Positions 1 to 8,132 of a stretch of DNA of 30,356 bases are shown here, piece by piece. The DNA is from Candidatus Microgenomates bacterium. GTDB taxonomy: Bacteria; Patescibacteriota; Microgenomatia; UBA1406; GWC2-37-13. The notes beneath the pieces were generated by a model that ran no database searches, was not told where the DNA came from, and saw only the letters and a program-made list of their open reading frames with translations. The stretch covers positions 1 through 30,356 of the forward strand of contig WFWI01000077.1 of NCBI GenBank assembly GCA_015491205.1, written 5' to 3'. Numbering within the stretch: the first letter of the stretch is position 1; each line of letters begins with the position of its first letter. The translations under genes were made by a program, and so were the position numbers.

Positions 1-203
1 ACAAAAGGCCCCTTTGCCCTAAAATAAAAAATCAATAAGTTTAAAAGAAATAGTGCTGTAAGGCTTGTACCCACAAGGCCTAAAAAACCTAATAAAGAAC
101 CAAAGACAAAATACCACCGTGGCTTCATCTTAACCTTTCCTTCCCTAATAAGGTTCATAACTCTCTCCTCAAAGTCTATGGTTTCACCTTTTTTCTTTGG
201 CAT
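1..203 (-). CDS. Membrane protein, 3' partial at window edge; candidate anti-sigma/ECF partner
   Basis: Not in ORF track. Manual translation from ATG at 203: MPKKKGETIDFEERVMNLIREGKVKMKPRWYFVFGSLLGFLGLVGTSLTALFLLNLLIFYFRAKGPF..., open to the edge, one long hydrophobic segment; overlaps the 3' end of the sigma gene by 28 nt. Confidence 0.7.
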   Translation of the reverse strand, partial: MPKKKGETIDFEERVMNLIREGKVKMKPRWYFVFGSLLGFLGLVGTSLTALFLLNLLIFYFRAKGPF

Positions 204-730
204 ATTTTTTTAAGTAAACTTTTAGCTCGCCTTAAGCGCGTTGCCACTGTTTTTTCAGGAATCCGCAAAATCTCGCTTATCTGATTATAAGATTTCCCAT
301 CCAGATAATACAAAACCAGCGGCTCCTTGTAAATAACTGGCATATTCTCCAAACACGCTTGTAAATTCTCTTCCAACTCCCTTTTGGCTACCTCATCTTG
401 CATATCCTCCTCGCTCTTAAAGTCAAAATCTTTATCCATTTTTATCCACTTTTTTTCCCTTTTTAACAAATTAGCTGCTTCGTTGTGGACTATTCTGTAA
501 ATCCAACTTGAAAATTTTCGCTTTGTGTTAAACCCGTGCAGGTTTATATAAGCTTTAATAAAAGCTTCTTGCACAACATCAGCTGCCTGCTCTCTGTCAA
601 GCAAAAGATACTGCGCATATCGCAAAAGCCTGTCTTTATATCGCTTTATAATCTCCGCATAAAACTCTTTATCCTTGCTTCTTACAAGCTCCACTAATTG
701 CTCATCTGTCAAACTTTTGTAATCCTTCAT
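176..730 (-). CDS. ECF-type sigma-70 family RNA polymerase sigma factor
   Basis: Region 2 (AADVVQEAFIKAY...FSSWIYRIVHNEAANLLKR) and region 4 (LVLYYLDGKSYNQISEILRIPEKTVATRLRRAKSLL). Start moved to ATG 730 (MKDYKSLTDEQLV) because the longer ORF start at 799 runs through a hairpin and into the upstream gene. Confidence 0.9.
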   Translation of the reverse strand: MKDYKSLTDEQLVELVRSKDKEFYAEIIKRYKDRLLRYAQYLLLDREQAADVVQEAFIKAYINLHGFNTKRKFSSWIYRIVHNEAANLLKREKKWIKMDKDFDFKSEEDMQDEVAKRELEENLQACLENMPVIYKEPLVLYYLDGKSYNQISEILRIPEKTVATRLRRAKSLLKKICQRKKVKP

Positions 731-754
731 GAAATTTTTTATGAATAAACTGGT

Positions 755-780
755 GCCCTCCCGAAAAACTTCGGGAGGGC
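755..780. terminator. GC-rich hairpin between secreted-protein gene and sigma gene
   Basis: GCCCTCCCGAA-AAAC-TTCGGGAGGGC, perfect 11-bp stem; no clear U-tract follows it on the transcribed (minus) strand, so termination is uncertain. Confidence 0.45.
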
Positions 781-786
781 AAAAAT

Positions 787-1152
787 TCATCTTTGCCAAC
801 CCATACCATCCATTTCTGGCCTGAACATTCTCATCATACCAAAACCTCTCATCTCATTTACCTGTTCTCCCCCATTTTCTTCTTGCATCATTCTCTCCAT
901 ATGCTCATGCATTTCATCAAACATAGGAAAATCACCTCTTCTGTTAAATCTCATTGCTCTAATTGGGGACTCTTTTCTTTCTCCATTGTAACCTTTTCGC
1001 TCAAAACCATTCATTCTCTCCTGAATTGTATTTTGATAATTAGCATTTCTTGGTGCCCTTCTATCTCCTCCATGAGCTAGAGCTATTTGGGAAGCAAGAA
1101 CTGCTCCAGCTGCTGCTACAGCTATAAAAGCTGCAACTGTGCTCTTTTTCAT
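787..1152 (-). CDS. Secreted Met/Gly/Arg-rich hypothetical protein
   Basis: Signal peptide MKKSTVAAFIAVAAAGAVLASQIALA/H; low-complexity Met-rich body (MFDEMHEHMERMMQ, MRGFGMMRMF); SD-like AAAGGGGGTGA at 1169..1159. Confidence 0.75.
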   Translation of the reverse strand: MKKSTVAAFIAVAAAGAVLASQIALAHGGDRRAPRNANYQNTIQERMNGFERKGYNGERKESPIRAMRFNRRGDFPMFDEMHEHMERMMQEENGGEQVNEMRGFGMMRMFRPEMDGMGWQR

Positions 1153-1269
1153 ACTTTTTCACCCCCTTTCTCAATCTGAATTTATAACCTTCTACCCTTA
1201 ATACAATTTCACCCCCAATTTTCTTTCACTAATTTTAAAAAACCACAGAAGCCCCTTCCTTCAGCGCTG

Positions 1270-1278
1270 TGTTATAAT
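1270..1278 (+). promoter_or_regulatory. Extended -10 promoter of era (likely leaderless)
   Basis: TGTTATAAT ending 7 nt before ATG 1286. Confidence 0.65.
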
Positions 1279-1285
1279 AAGGGCA

Positions 1286-2155
1286 ATGAAAGAAGGAACT
1301 GTTCTGATAATTGGCAGGCCAAATGTTGGGAAGTCTACCTTCCTAAATAACCTTATTGGCCAAAAGGTGGCTATCACCTCACCCAAGCCCCAGACTACCC
1401 GTTTTCCAATAAGGGCGGTGTACAAGGACCAGCGCGGCAATATAATCTTTGTTGACACTCCTGGAGTTTTTGGAAAAGCAGAGGATCTGCTCTCGCGCCA
1501 AATAAACAAAAAAACTTTGGAGTCAATTCAGGAAGATATTGACCTTGTGCTTTATATGGTAGATCACACCAGACGCAGGGATTTTGAGGAAGCAAAAGTT
1601 TTAGGGATAGTAAGAAAAATTGAAAAACCAAAAATACTGGTTATCAACAAAATTGACAAAACAACGCCCTCTTATCTTGCCCAGTACAAATTTCTGGAGA
1701 AGGAATTTGATAGGGTGCATATGATCTCAGCTTTAAAAGGGAAGCATATAAAACCTTTAATTGACGATATTTTCAAGTTTTTGCCTGAGAAAAAAGGTGA
1801 ATCTGAGGTTGATTTTCACGAAAAACCCACTCCAATTTTAAATATTGACAGCAAGACCTATGTGGCAGAGCTTATTCGCGAAAAACTATTTCTTTTAACC
1901 CGCGATGAAGTGCCTTATACTGTAAATGTTGAGGTGGAAGAAATTACACCTCGTTCAGAGAATTTAACCTATGTTAAAGCAAAAATTATTACGACAGCTG
2001 ACCGGTACAAAAAGATGCTTATTGGAAAAGGAGGAAAGATGATAAAAGAAATAGGCAGGCTTGCAAGAAAAGAACTTGAGCTTATGTCTAACAAAAAATT
2101 CTATCTTGACCTTGAAGTAATAACAGACCCCCATTGGCAGGAGAGGATAGAATAA
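1286..2155 (+). CDS. era: GTPase Era
   Basis: G1 GRPNVGKS, G2 PQTTR, G3 DTPG, G4 NKID, C-terminal KH domain (IREK...EVPY, MLIGKGGKMIKEIG). Confidence 0.97.
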   Translation: MKEGTVLIIGRPNVGKSTFLNNLIGQKVAITSPKPQTTRFPIRAVYKDQRGNIIFVDTPGVFGKAEDLLSRQINKKTLESIQEDIDLVLYMVDHTRRRDFEEAKVLGIVRKIEKPKILVINKIDKTTPSYLAQYKFLEKEFDRVHMISALKGKHIKPLIDDIFKFLPEKKGESEVDFHEKPTPILNIDSKTYVAELIREKLFLLTRDEVPYTVNVEVEEITPRSENLTYVKAKIITTADRYKKMLIGKGGKMIKEIGRLARKELELMSNKKFYLDLEVITDPHWQERIE

Positions 2156-2161
2156 AAAATT

Positions 2162-2350
2162 TCAAATGTCAAAGCTCAAATGTCAAATCAAATCCAAATG
2201 ACAAATTTCAAATGTGAAAAGCTTCACAAATCCTAAATAAATAATCTTTCCAACTTTCTAACCTTCCAACCTTAATATTTTCCAATTTTTAACTTTTGTC
2301 ATTTGGATTTTGTCATTGACTTGTCATTTGTCATTTGAAATTTGACATTC
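2162..2350. repeat. Heptamer-array element A with imperfect inverted arms (TCAAATG-type)
   Basis: Left arm 2162-2214 of TCAAATG/ACAAATT-like units; right arm about 2295-2350 of complementary CATTTGT/CATTTGA units; core contains TTCTAACCTTCCAACCTT at 2256-2273. Confidence 0.7.
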
Positions 2351-3777
2351 TCTAACCTTTCTATGCACTCTTCCCTCCCCAATATCTCCATTGACTCATT
2401 TAAGGGAGGAGTTATTTTCTGGCCGGTTATAGCAACGCGCAGGACCATAAAAAATTTGGAGCGGGAAACGTTATTCTTTACCTCCTCGGGCAAACTTTCG
2501 TAAAGCTTTACCATAACCTCTCCAATCTTCTCAGCCTTCCATTCATGCTCGGGAATTTTCTCTAAAGCGGACTTCATTTTTTCAATCAAGTCCTTAAAAG
2601 GTGATAAGTCCATCTGATACTTCTTTGGTCTTTCAAAAAAGAACTTGCAGTAAAACATATAATCCGAAAGCTTTTTAACCCGCTCCCTTATCAAAGGAAT
2701 CGTCTTCTCAACCAACTCCTCCGGCAAATCTAAATCATGATATTTCTTGTAATATTCCAAGATTTTCGCTTTTAGCTTTTCGCTTTTCGCTTCCCTCAAA
2801 TACTCTCCATTCAACCACTCAAGCTTTTGTACATCAAAAACAGGCCCTACTGTTTTTATGCGCTTTATGTCAAAAATTTTTACAAGCTCTTCAATTGAAA
2901 ATTTTTCTTTACCCTCAGGGTGGGACCAGCCCATTAAAGCTAAATAATTTAAAATCGCTTCAGGCAAAAACCCTTCTTTTAAATACCAGCTTGCCCAAAC
3001 TGGATTTTTTCGCTTTGAAAGCTTTGATTTATCAGGATTGCGCAAAATAGGAAGGTGGATAAATTTCGGAAGCTCCCAGCCAAAAGCGGTGTACAAAAGC
3101 ACATGCTTTGGAGTAGAGGAAATCCACTCCTCTGCCCTTATAACATGGGTTATTTTCATTAAATAATCATCCACTACAACTGCCAGATGATAGGTTGGAA
3201 AACCATCGGATTTTAAAAGCACCTGATCATCAATAAGGTCTGATTTAAAAGTTATCTTTCCCCTTATCTCATCAACAAAAGAAATTTCGCTTTTTTCTGG
3301 AATTTTAAGCCTGATGACAGCTTTTTCACCCTTTTCAAACTTTTCTAAAGCCTCCTGTTTTGAATATCTTTTAAGGCAATACCTGTCATATTTTGGAGGA
3401 ATAATTCCTTTTTTTTGCTGTTCTTTTCTTATTTTTTGCAATCGCTCAGGCGAGCAAAAGCAAAAATAAGCATAACCTTTTTCAACAAGCTCCAAAGCAT
3501 GTTTTTTGTAAATCTCAAGCCTTTCGGATTGTCTATAAGGCCCGTAAGGACCACCCACATCAGGCCCTTCATCGTACTCAAGACCAAACTCCTTTAAAGT
3601 CTTTAAAATTCTCTCCTCTGCTCCTTCAATTAGCCTTTTCCTGTCAGTATCCTCAATCCTTACAATAAACTTTCCATTATTTTGTTTGGCAAAAACCCAG
3701 TTTATAAGCGCTGTATAAAGGTTTCCAATGTGAAGATCCTCACCTGTGGGAGAAGGAGCAAGCCTTGTTCTTACCAT
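2299..3777 (-). CDS. gltX: Glutamate--tRNA ligase
   Basis: VRTRLAPSPTG..HIGN (HIGH), RIEDTD, YFCFC zinc motif, THVIRAEEWI, KLSKR (KMSKS). Start set at ATG 3777 (MVRTRLAP); the longer ORF extension overlaps the upstream gene. Confidence 0.97.
   Translation of the reverse strand: MVRTRLAPSPTGEDLHIGNLYTALINWVFAKQNNGKFIVRIEDTDRKRLIEGAEERILKTLKEFGLEYDEGPDVGGPYGPYRQSERLEIYKKHALELVEKGYAYFCFCSPERLQKIRKEQQKKGIIPPKYDRYCLKRYSKQEALEKFEKGEKAVIRLKIPEKSEISFVDEIRGKITFKSDLIDDQVLLKSDGFPTYHLAVVVDDYLMKITHVIRAEEWISSTPKHVLLYTAFGWELPKFIHLPILRNPDKSKLSKRKNPVWASWYLKEGFLPEAILNYLALMGWSHPEGKEKFSIEELVKIFDIKRIKTVGPVFDVQKLEWLNGEYLREAKSEKLKAKILEYYKKYHDLDLPEELVEKTIPLIRERVKKLSDYMFYCKFFFERPKKYQMDLSPFKDLIEKMKSALEKIPEHEWKAEKIGEVMVKLYESLPEEVKNNVSRSKFFMVLRVAITGQKITPPLNESMEILGREECIERLENVKFQMTNDKSMTKSK
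2763..2790. repeat. Intragenic heptamer array (TTTTCGC)x4 inside gltX
   Basis: TTTTCGC TTTTAGC TTTTCGC TTTTCGC; reads as EAKSEKLKAKI on the coding strand. Confidence 0.75.
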
Positions 3778-3787
3778 AGGCCTTATT

Positions 3788-4468
3788 TTACTCCATTTTG
3801 CTCTGCCTCTCAAGCGCCTGCTCCTGAGCTTTTTTGATTTTTGAAGAGCCAAGCAAAGAAAAGATAAGCATTGAGGACAAAACAACTCCAGCCAAATTCA
3901 AAAGATAGACTAAAAAAAAGTTTTCTACAAAAGCTGGGCTGTTAATTGCCAAGGCAATGCCTGTGGCACAAAGCGGCGGCACCAAGGCAACAGCTATTGC
4001 CACGCCTGGCAAGGCTACAGAGTGCTTTTCATTTATCCAGGCAAAGGAGGCTGCCATACCTGAAAAAAAGGCAATTAAAAAGGACAGAAAATTAGGGGAA
4101 AGGGAAATTAAAATCTGCTGACCGCGAAACTCCGCTCCTTCCAAAAAGTTTGCTACTAAAAAGGCCACAGCCACAACCGTTATGGTTGAAACAAAAATTC
4201 CGTTTAATGCCCTTTTTACTCCTTTTAAATTTAGAGCAGTAAAGGAAAGACCAAGCGATAAAATGGGGAAAAGCAAAGGCGCAATAAGCATGCCGCCAAT
4301 AACAATGCTTATCTGCCCAACTACAAGACCTATGGTAATTATTATTGAAGAAAGTATTAAAAGAAGAAGATACCCCCCATCAATCCTGCTTTCCTCAATA
4401 AGCTCCTCAACTGCTTTGTACTCCTTTGATCCCCTAAACCAAAAGTTGAATCTTTCAAAAAACGCCAT
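3788..4468 (-). CDS. DUF389 / TIGR00341-family integral membrane protein
   Basis: IGGMLIAPLLFPI and ALPGVAIAVALVPPLC motifs; about 6-7 TM segments. Confidence 0.85.
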   Translation of the reverse strand: MAFFERFNFWFRGSKEYKAVEELIEESRIDGGYLLLLILSSIIITIGLVVGQISIVIGGMLIAPLLFPILSLGLSFTALNLKGVKRALNGIFVSTITVVAVAFLVANFLEGAEFRGQQILISLSPNFLSFLIAFFSGMAASFAWINEKHSVALPGVAIAVALVPPLCATGIALAINSPAFVENFFLVYLLNLAGVVLSSMLIFSLLGSSKIKKAQEQALERQSKME

Positions 4469-4482
4469 CTTTCAATACCTTA

Positions 4483-5061
4483 TTAAAATGGTAAAGTCAA
4501 ACTCATCTGGGACTTTCCCTCGCCTAGCAATATTTTTTCCCAATCAACCGCTATCTCTTTTTTTCCTTCTGCGGTTGGGTAAAAAACCTTCCCTCTTTTT
4601 GCACCAAACTCAAAAAGCCTGCGGGTCAGCTCAACATCATCAAGGCAATACTTTTCCAAAGCCTGCCACTGGCCTTTTCTGTAATACTCAACTGCCAAGA
4701 GTCCATGTCCGGTTTTCTTCACTCCCAAGGTGGCATAAAGCACCTCATCCAAGGCTATCCTTTTTCCAATTCTTTCCTTTATATCTTCCATAATATCAAA
4801 AACTGAAAAATTCCTCACATCTCCTGGATAATAGCGCTGTAACACCCTAAGGTCAAAACCTTTTATATTGTAGCCTATGATGTAAGAGGCCTTTTCCAAA
4901 ACTGGAAAAATCTGGGAAAGCTCCTCTTCCCTTACTATCCAAGCCTTAGAACTGGCATAGTCATAAATCCCAAGAACTGAGACCTCAAGATCTTCAGGAT
5001 CTTTTTTCTCTCGAAAGGTATACTTTGTTTCAAGATCTATAACTACTGGAAATCTTGCCAT
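4483..5061 (-). CDS. RNase H-like / DEDD 3'-5' exonuclease-like protein
   Basis: VVIDLET (ExoI), IGYNIKGFD (ExoII), YCLDDVELT (ExoIII). Confidence 0.8.
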   Translation of the reverse strand: MARFPVVIDLETKYTFREKKDPEDLEVSVLGIYDYASSKAWIVREEELSQIFPVLEKASYIIGYNIKGFDLRVLQRYYPGDVRNFSVFDIMEDIKERIGKRIALDEVLYATLGVKKTGHGLLAVEYYRKGQWQALEKYCLDDVELTRRLFEFGAKRGKVFYPTAEGKKEIAVDWEKILLGEGKSQMSLTLPF

Positions 5062-5063
5062 AA

Positions 5064-5447
5064 TCAGTTAAGTTTTTCTTTTAATGGCATCTGTTTTACT
5101 ATTTCAAGCTCTACTCCCAGATCTTTAAGATCCGAAGGAGAAAGGCCTTTCACAAGTTCATCTCCATATACCTCGTTAACTGCTTCCAAAACCTGATCTA
5201 TCTCCTTCTCAGTTATCCTTCTTCGCCTCTGCCGGTGCAAAAACTCATCCAGCTTTCCAATAAACCAAACTATCTCTACCAACTTGTCATTTCGAAAAGC
5301 AGCTAGCTTAAACAGATCACCATGCACTGGTCTGAGCTTTAACCCCATAAGCTTTGCCTCTTCTCGCATTTTATCAACTGGAGGCTTTTTGGAAAGTACT
5401 TTTTGATAAAACTCTCTTACTATTTCAACAACCTCTCCTTTTTTCAT
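5064..5447 (-). CDS. Hypothetical protein
   Basis: Charged helical ORF 2 nt upstream of the exonuclease gene; start moved to ATG 5447 (MKKGEVVEIV) because the longer start overlaps the divergent NUDIX gene. Confidence 0.6.
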   Translation of the reverse strand: MKKGEVVEIVREFYQKVLSKKPPVDKMREEAKLMGLKLRPVHGDLFKLAAFRNDKLVEIVWFIGKLDEFLHRQRRRRITEKEIDQVLEAVNEVYGDELVKGLSPSDLKDLGVELEIVKQMPLKEKLN

Positions 5448-5457
5448 AGGCCAAGGT

Positions 5458-5469
5458 TTATAATTATAA
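5458..5469. promoter_or_regulatory. Palindromic bidirectional -10 element TTATAATTATAA
   Basis: TATAAT on + at 5459-5464 (8 nt before ATG 5473) and on - at 5468..5463 (15 nt before ATG 5447). Confidence 0.6.
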
Positions 5470-5472
5470 CAA

Positions 5473-5976
5473 ATGTATAAATTCTGCCCACTTTGCAAAG
5501 GAAAGCTTGAGAGTAAAAAAGCTGGTCTTTATGTTTGCTCTTCCTGTGGGTTTCATTTTTATAACAATCCAAAGCCAACAACTGCTATTTTTCTTATAAA
5601 CACAGCAAAAGAAATTTTGCTTGTCAAAAGAAACAGAGAACCAAAAAAGGACTGCTGGGACAGTCCAGGAGGGTTCATTGAAATAGGTGAAACGGCTGAA
5701 GACTCAGCAAAGAGGGAGGTTAAAGAAGAACTAGGAATCGCAATCAAAACCCTTTTCTACATTGGCAGTTTTCCTGGCACCTATCTTTATCAAGGAATAA
5801 ACTACTCAACCCTTTGCCTTGCGTATTTTGTTAAATTAAAGAAGGAACCAAGTTTTGTTTTGGAAAGGGAGGAAATAAAAGAAGCAAGGTTTTTCAAAAA
5901 AGATGAAATCCCTTGGGAAAAAATTGCCTTTGAAGACGTAAAAGCTGCTTTGAAAAAACTCTTATCTTCGCTTTAG
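5473..5976 (+). CDS. NUDIX hydrolase with N-terminal zinc ribbon
   Basis: CPLC...CSSC followed by YNNPKP; Nudix box GGFIEIGETAEDSAKREVKEELG. Confidence 0.92.
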   Translation: MYKFCPLCKGKLESKKAGLYVCSSCGFHFYNNPKPTTAIFLINTAKEILLVKRNREPKKDCWDSPGGFIEIGETAEDSAKREVKEELGIAIKTLFYIGSFPGTYLYQGINYSTLCLAYFVKLKKEPSFVLEREEIKEARFFKKDEIPWEKIAFEDVKAALKKLLSSL

Positions 5977-7434
5977 AACCCGAATTATTCCAAAGGAAAG
6001 GTACAAAAGCGGCAAGCCCAGAATACTGCCGTACTTTACAGCCTCTTTAACCTGAAAAGAAACCTCTGGCACAAGGTAAACGCTTGGTTTTTTCAACGAT
6101 ATACCTGACAAAAGCCCGCCTGAGGAGAGGGAAAGAGCAAGATTTGAAACAAAGCTTAAATTATCGTTGCGCCTTAAAAACCTACCAAGCACAAATCTGC
6201 GGGAGGATATAACAACAACCTCTTCTTTTCCTTTTTGGGCTTTTGCACCTATAACAAACTCTCTAAACCCTTTTTCTGGAACTGTAATATTGTCAGGAAT
6301 AAGCTGAAAAGGATCCTTTTGTTCCCAGGATTTTTTTGTGGTCTTGACCAACCAGCTGGTCTTATAACCATTTTTATTCTCAAGCTTTATCTCCGAAGCC
6401 CAAGGAAAGGTCAAAAGGCTTACATTTGAGAAGTAGCCGGAGGAGAGGTTAAAAACATCGGTCTTTATCCAAAAGGGGTAGGGAAAAAGATAAGCAACAA
6501 GCTGGTTGCCAAAGCTTACAACCTCTGATGAAGCTGAAAGTACAAGGTTTCTCTGAAGTTTAAGCCCACGGCTTTCCAAAAGGTTAAAAAGATTGTGATC
6601 AGCTGGTGCATAGGACAGGTCATCCCTTACCCAAACTCCATCAATAAAAAAGATAGCTTTTTTGCCTTGTTTTAAAAACCTATTAATTGCCTCAGCCTCT
6701 GGAGTAGAGTATCTTTTCTCTCCGTTGTCAAAAACAAGGGCTAGAGCAAAATCTTCTTTTAAATCTTCAGGTTTTACATAGTTTAACTGAAAACTTTTGG
6801 AGAAGAATCTGTCAAAGGTTGAAACTGGACTTTCTTGATTTCCAAAAGGATTCTCGTATCCCAAAACTGCCAGCTTTGGAAGCTCCTTGTTTACCAACCT
6901 ATAGATAGCAGTTGTCAACTCATACTCCAAGTTTTCAAAATTAACAACTTGAGGAATAACCTCCTTCTTATCCAAATAATAAACCACAATTCCAAAATAA
7001 CCTTTTGCTACTTCAAACTTCTCCCTTCCAAGCTGAGAAAACTGCAGCTCAGGCAAGCCTGCAGATCTAACTTCTTCTTGTACCTTTGGATCTTTATCAG
7101 GGTAAAGCAGAACAACCTCTATGTTTGGATTTGCCTTCTCATACTCTTTTAAAAAACTCCAAACAGTGCTCTTGACAGGCTCCAGTCTTCGGGGAAGATT
7201 AGAGGAAACGTAAAATTTGATTTTTAAAACATCATCCACATCTTTCAAAACCTTTTTTGTAGAAGGAGAAAGGGAGAAAAACTTACCTTTTGAAAAATCA
7301 AGCGAAAAGGGAAGATTCTGAGCTACAAGGTTGAAAAGGAAAAACGCAGCAAAAGAAAGAACAATAATTGTATTCTTTTGCAGGTTCTCAAGTCCGACAA
7401 TCCTAAGCCTTATTTTTGGCAGTTTTATTCTCAT
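5962..7434 (-). CDS. GldG-like ABC transporter auxiliary component
   Basis: N-terminal TM, DFSKGKFFSLSPSTK motif, ENLEYELTTAI, C-terminal TM; GldG-type layout downstream of permease and ATPase. Confidence 0.8.
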   Translation of the reverse strand: MRIKLPKIRLRIVGLENLQKNTIIVLSFAAFFLFNLVAQNLPFSLDFSKGKFFSLSPSTKKVLKDVDDVLKIKFYVSSNLPRRLEPVKSTVWSFLKEYEKANPNIEVVLLYPDKDPKVQEEVRSAGLPELQFSQLGREKFEVAKGYFGIVVYYLDKKEVIPQVVNFENLEYELTTAIYRLVNKELPKLAVLGYENPFGNQESPVSTFDRFFSKSFQLNYVKPEDLKEDFALALVFDNGEKRYSTPEAEAINRFLKQGKKAIFFIDGVWVRDDLSYAPADHNLFNLLESRGLKLQRNLVLSASSEVVSFGNQLVAYLFPYPFWIKTDVFNLSSGYFSNVSLLTFPWASEIKLENKNGYKTSWLVKTTKKSWEQKDPFQLIPDNITVPEKGFREFVIGAKAQKGKEEVVVISSRRFVLGRFLRRNDNLSFVSNLALSLSSGGLLSGISLKKPSVYLVPEVSFQVKEAVKYGSILGLPLLYLSFGIIRVLKRR

Positions 7435-8132
7435 TCCCGTCTTTCAAGCTCTAAAACTGTTAAAAAAAGAAAAAGCAAAGTAAATGACAGGAAATATAAA
7501 AGCGATGGCAGACTGATAAGACCTTTAGTAAAAGGATCAAAATGAAAACTCGGGAATATGAAGTTTATGTAGGAAAGAATTGACTCTGGCACGACTGAGC
7601 CGGCAAAATCGCTTGAGAGAACAAGCAGGAAAAAGAGGCTCAAAGCTGACAAAAGAAATGCTAAAATCTGAGAATCAGTTTTTGATGAGATATAAAGGGA
7701 TAGAGAAAGAAAACTTGCTCCAAGAAGAACAACTCCAAAATACCCAACTGCCACTTCAGGCAGATAAACTTTTGCAAGGTAGAAAAGAGCAAGGGGCAAA
7801 GGCAAAGTCAGAAGAACACCAATAACAACTACAAGAAAAGCTGAGAAAAATTTTCCCAAAACTATTTGCCTTTCAAAAAGCGGCAAGGATAGCAAAACTT
7901 CCAAGGTGTTCCTTTTTCTCTCCTCAGCAAAGGCCCGCATCGCAATGGCTGGTATAAAAATCATAAAAATCCAGGGAATAATGGAAAAGAAGTTGACAAA
8001 AGAAAAGGAGCCAATAACAAAAATGTCCTTCATAAAGAGAAAAACAGAAAAGGCCGCAAAAAGGGCTGGCACAGCAAACCCAATAAGGGAAGAAAAGTAA
8101 GAGACAACCTCTTTTTTAAATAGGCTCTTCAT
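7431..8132 (-). CDS. ABC-2 type permease (GldF-like)
   Basis: IPAIAMRAFAEERKRNTLEVLLSLP...IVLGKF motif; about 6 TM segments. Confidence 0.88.
   Translation of the reverse strand: MKSLFKKEVVSYFSSLIGFAVPALFAAFSVFLFMKDIFVIGSFSFVNFFSIIPWIFMIFIPAIAMRAFAEERKRNTLEVLLSLPLFERQIVLGKFFSAFLVVVIGVLLTLPLPLALFYLAKVYLPEVAVGYFGVVLLGASFLSLSLYISSKTDSQILAFLLSALSLFFLLVLSSDFAGSVVPESILSYINFIFPSFHFDPFTKGLISLPSLLYFLSFTLLFLFLTVLELERRE

Noticed and set aside
731-799. N-terminal extension of the sigma ORF (MAKMNFCPPEV...)
   Set aside because: Overlaps the upstream gene end and the hairpin; sigma homology begins near ATG 730.
3778-3885. N-terminal extension of the gltX ORF
   Set aside because: Lies within the DUF389 gene; GluRS begins at MVRTRLAP.
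4182-4793. 203-aa plus-strand ORF
   Set aside because: Antisense shadow of the DUF389 and exonuclease genes with no recognisable motif.
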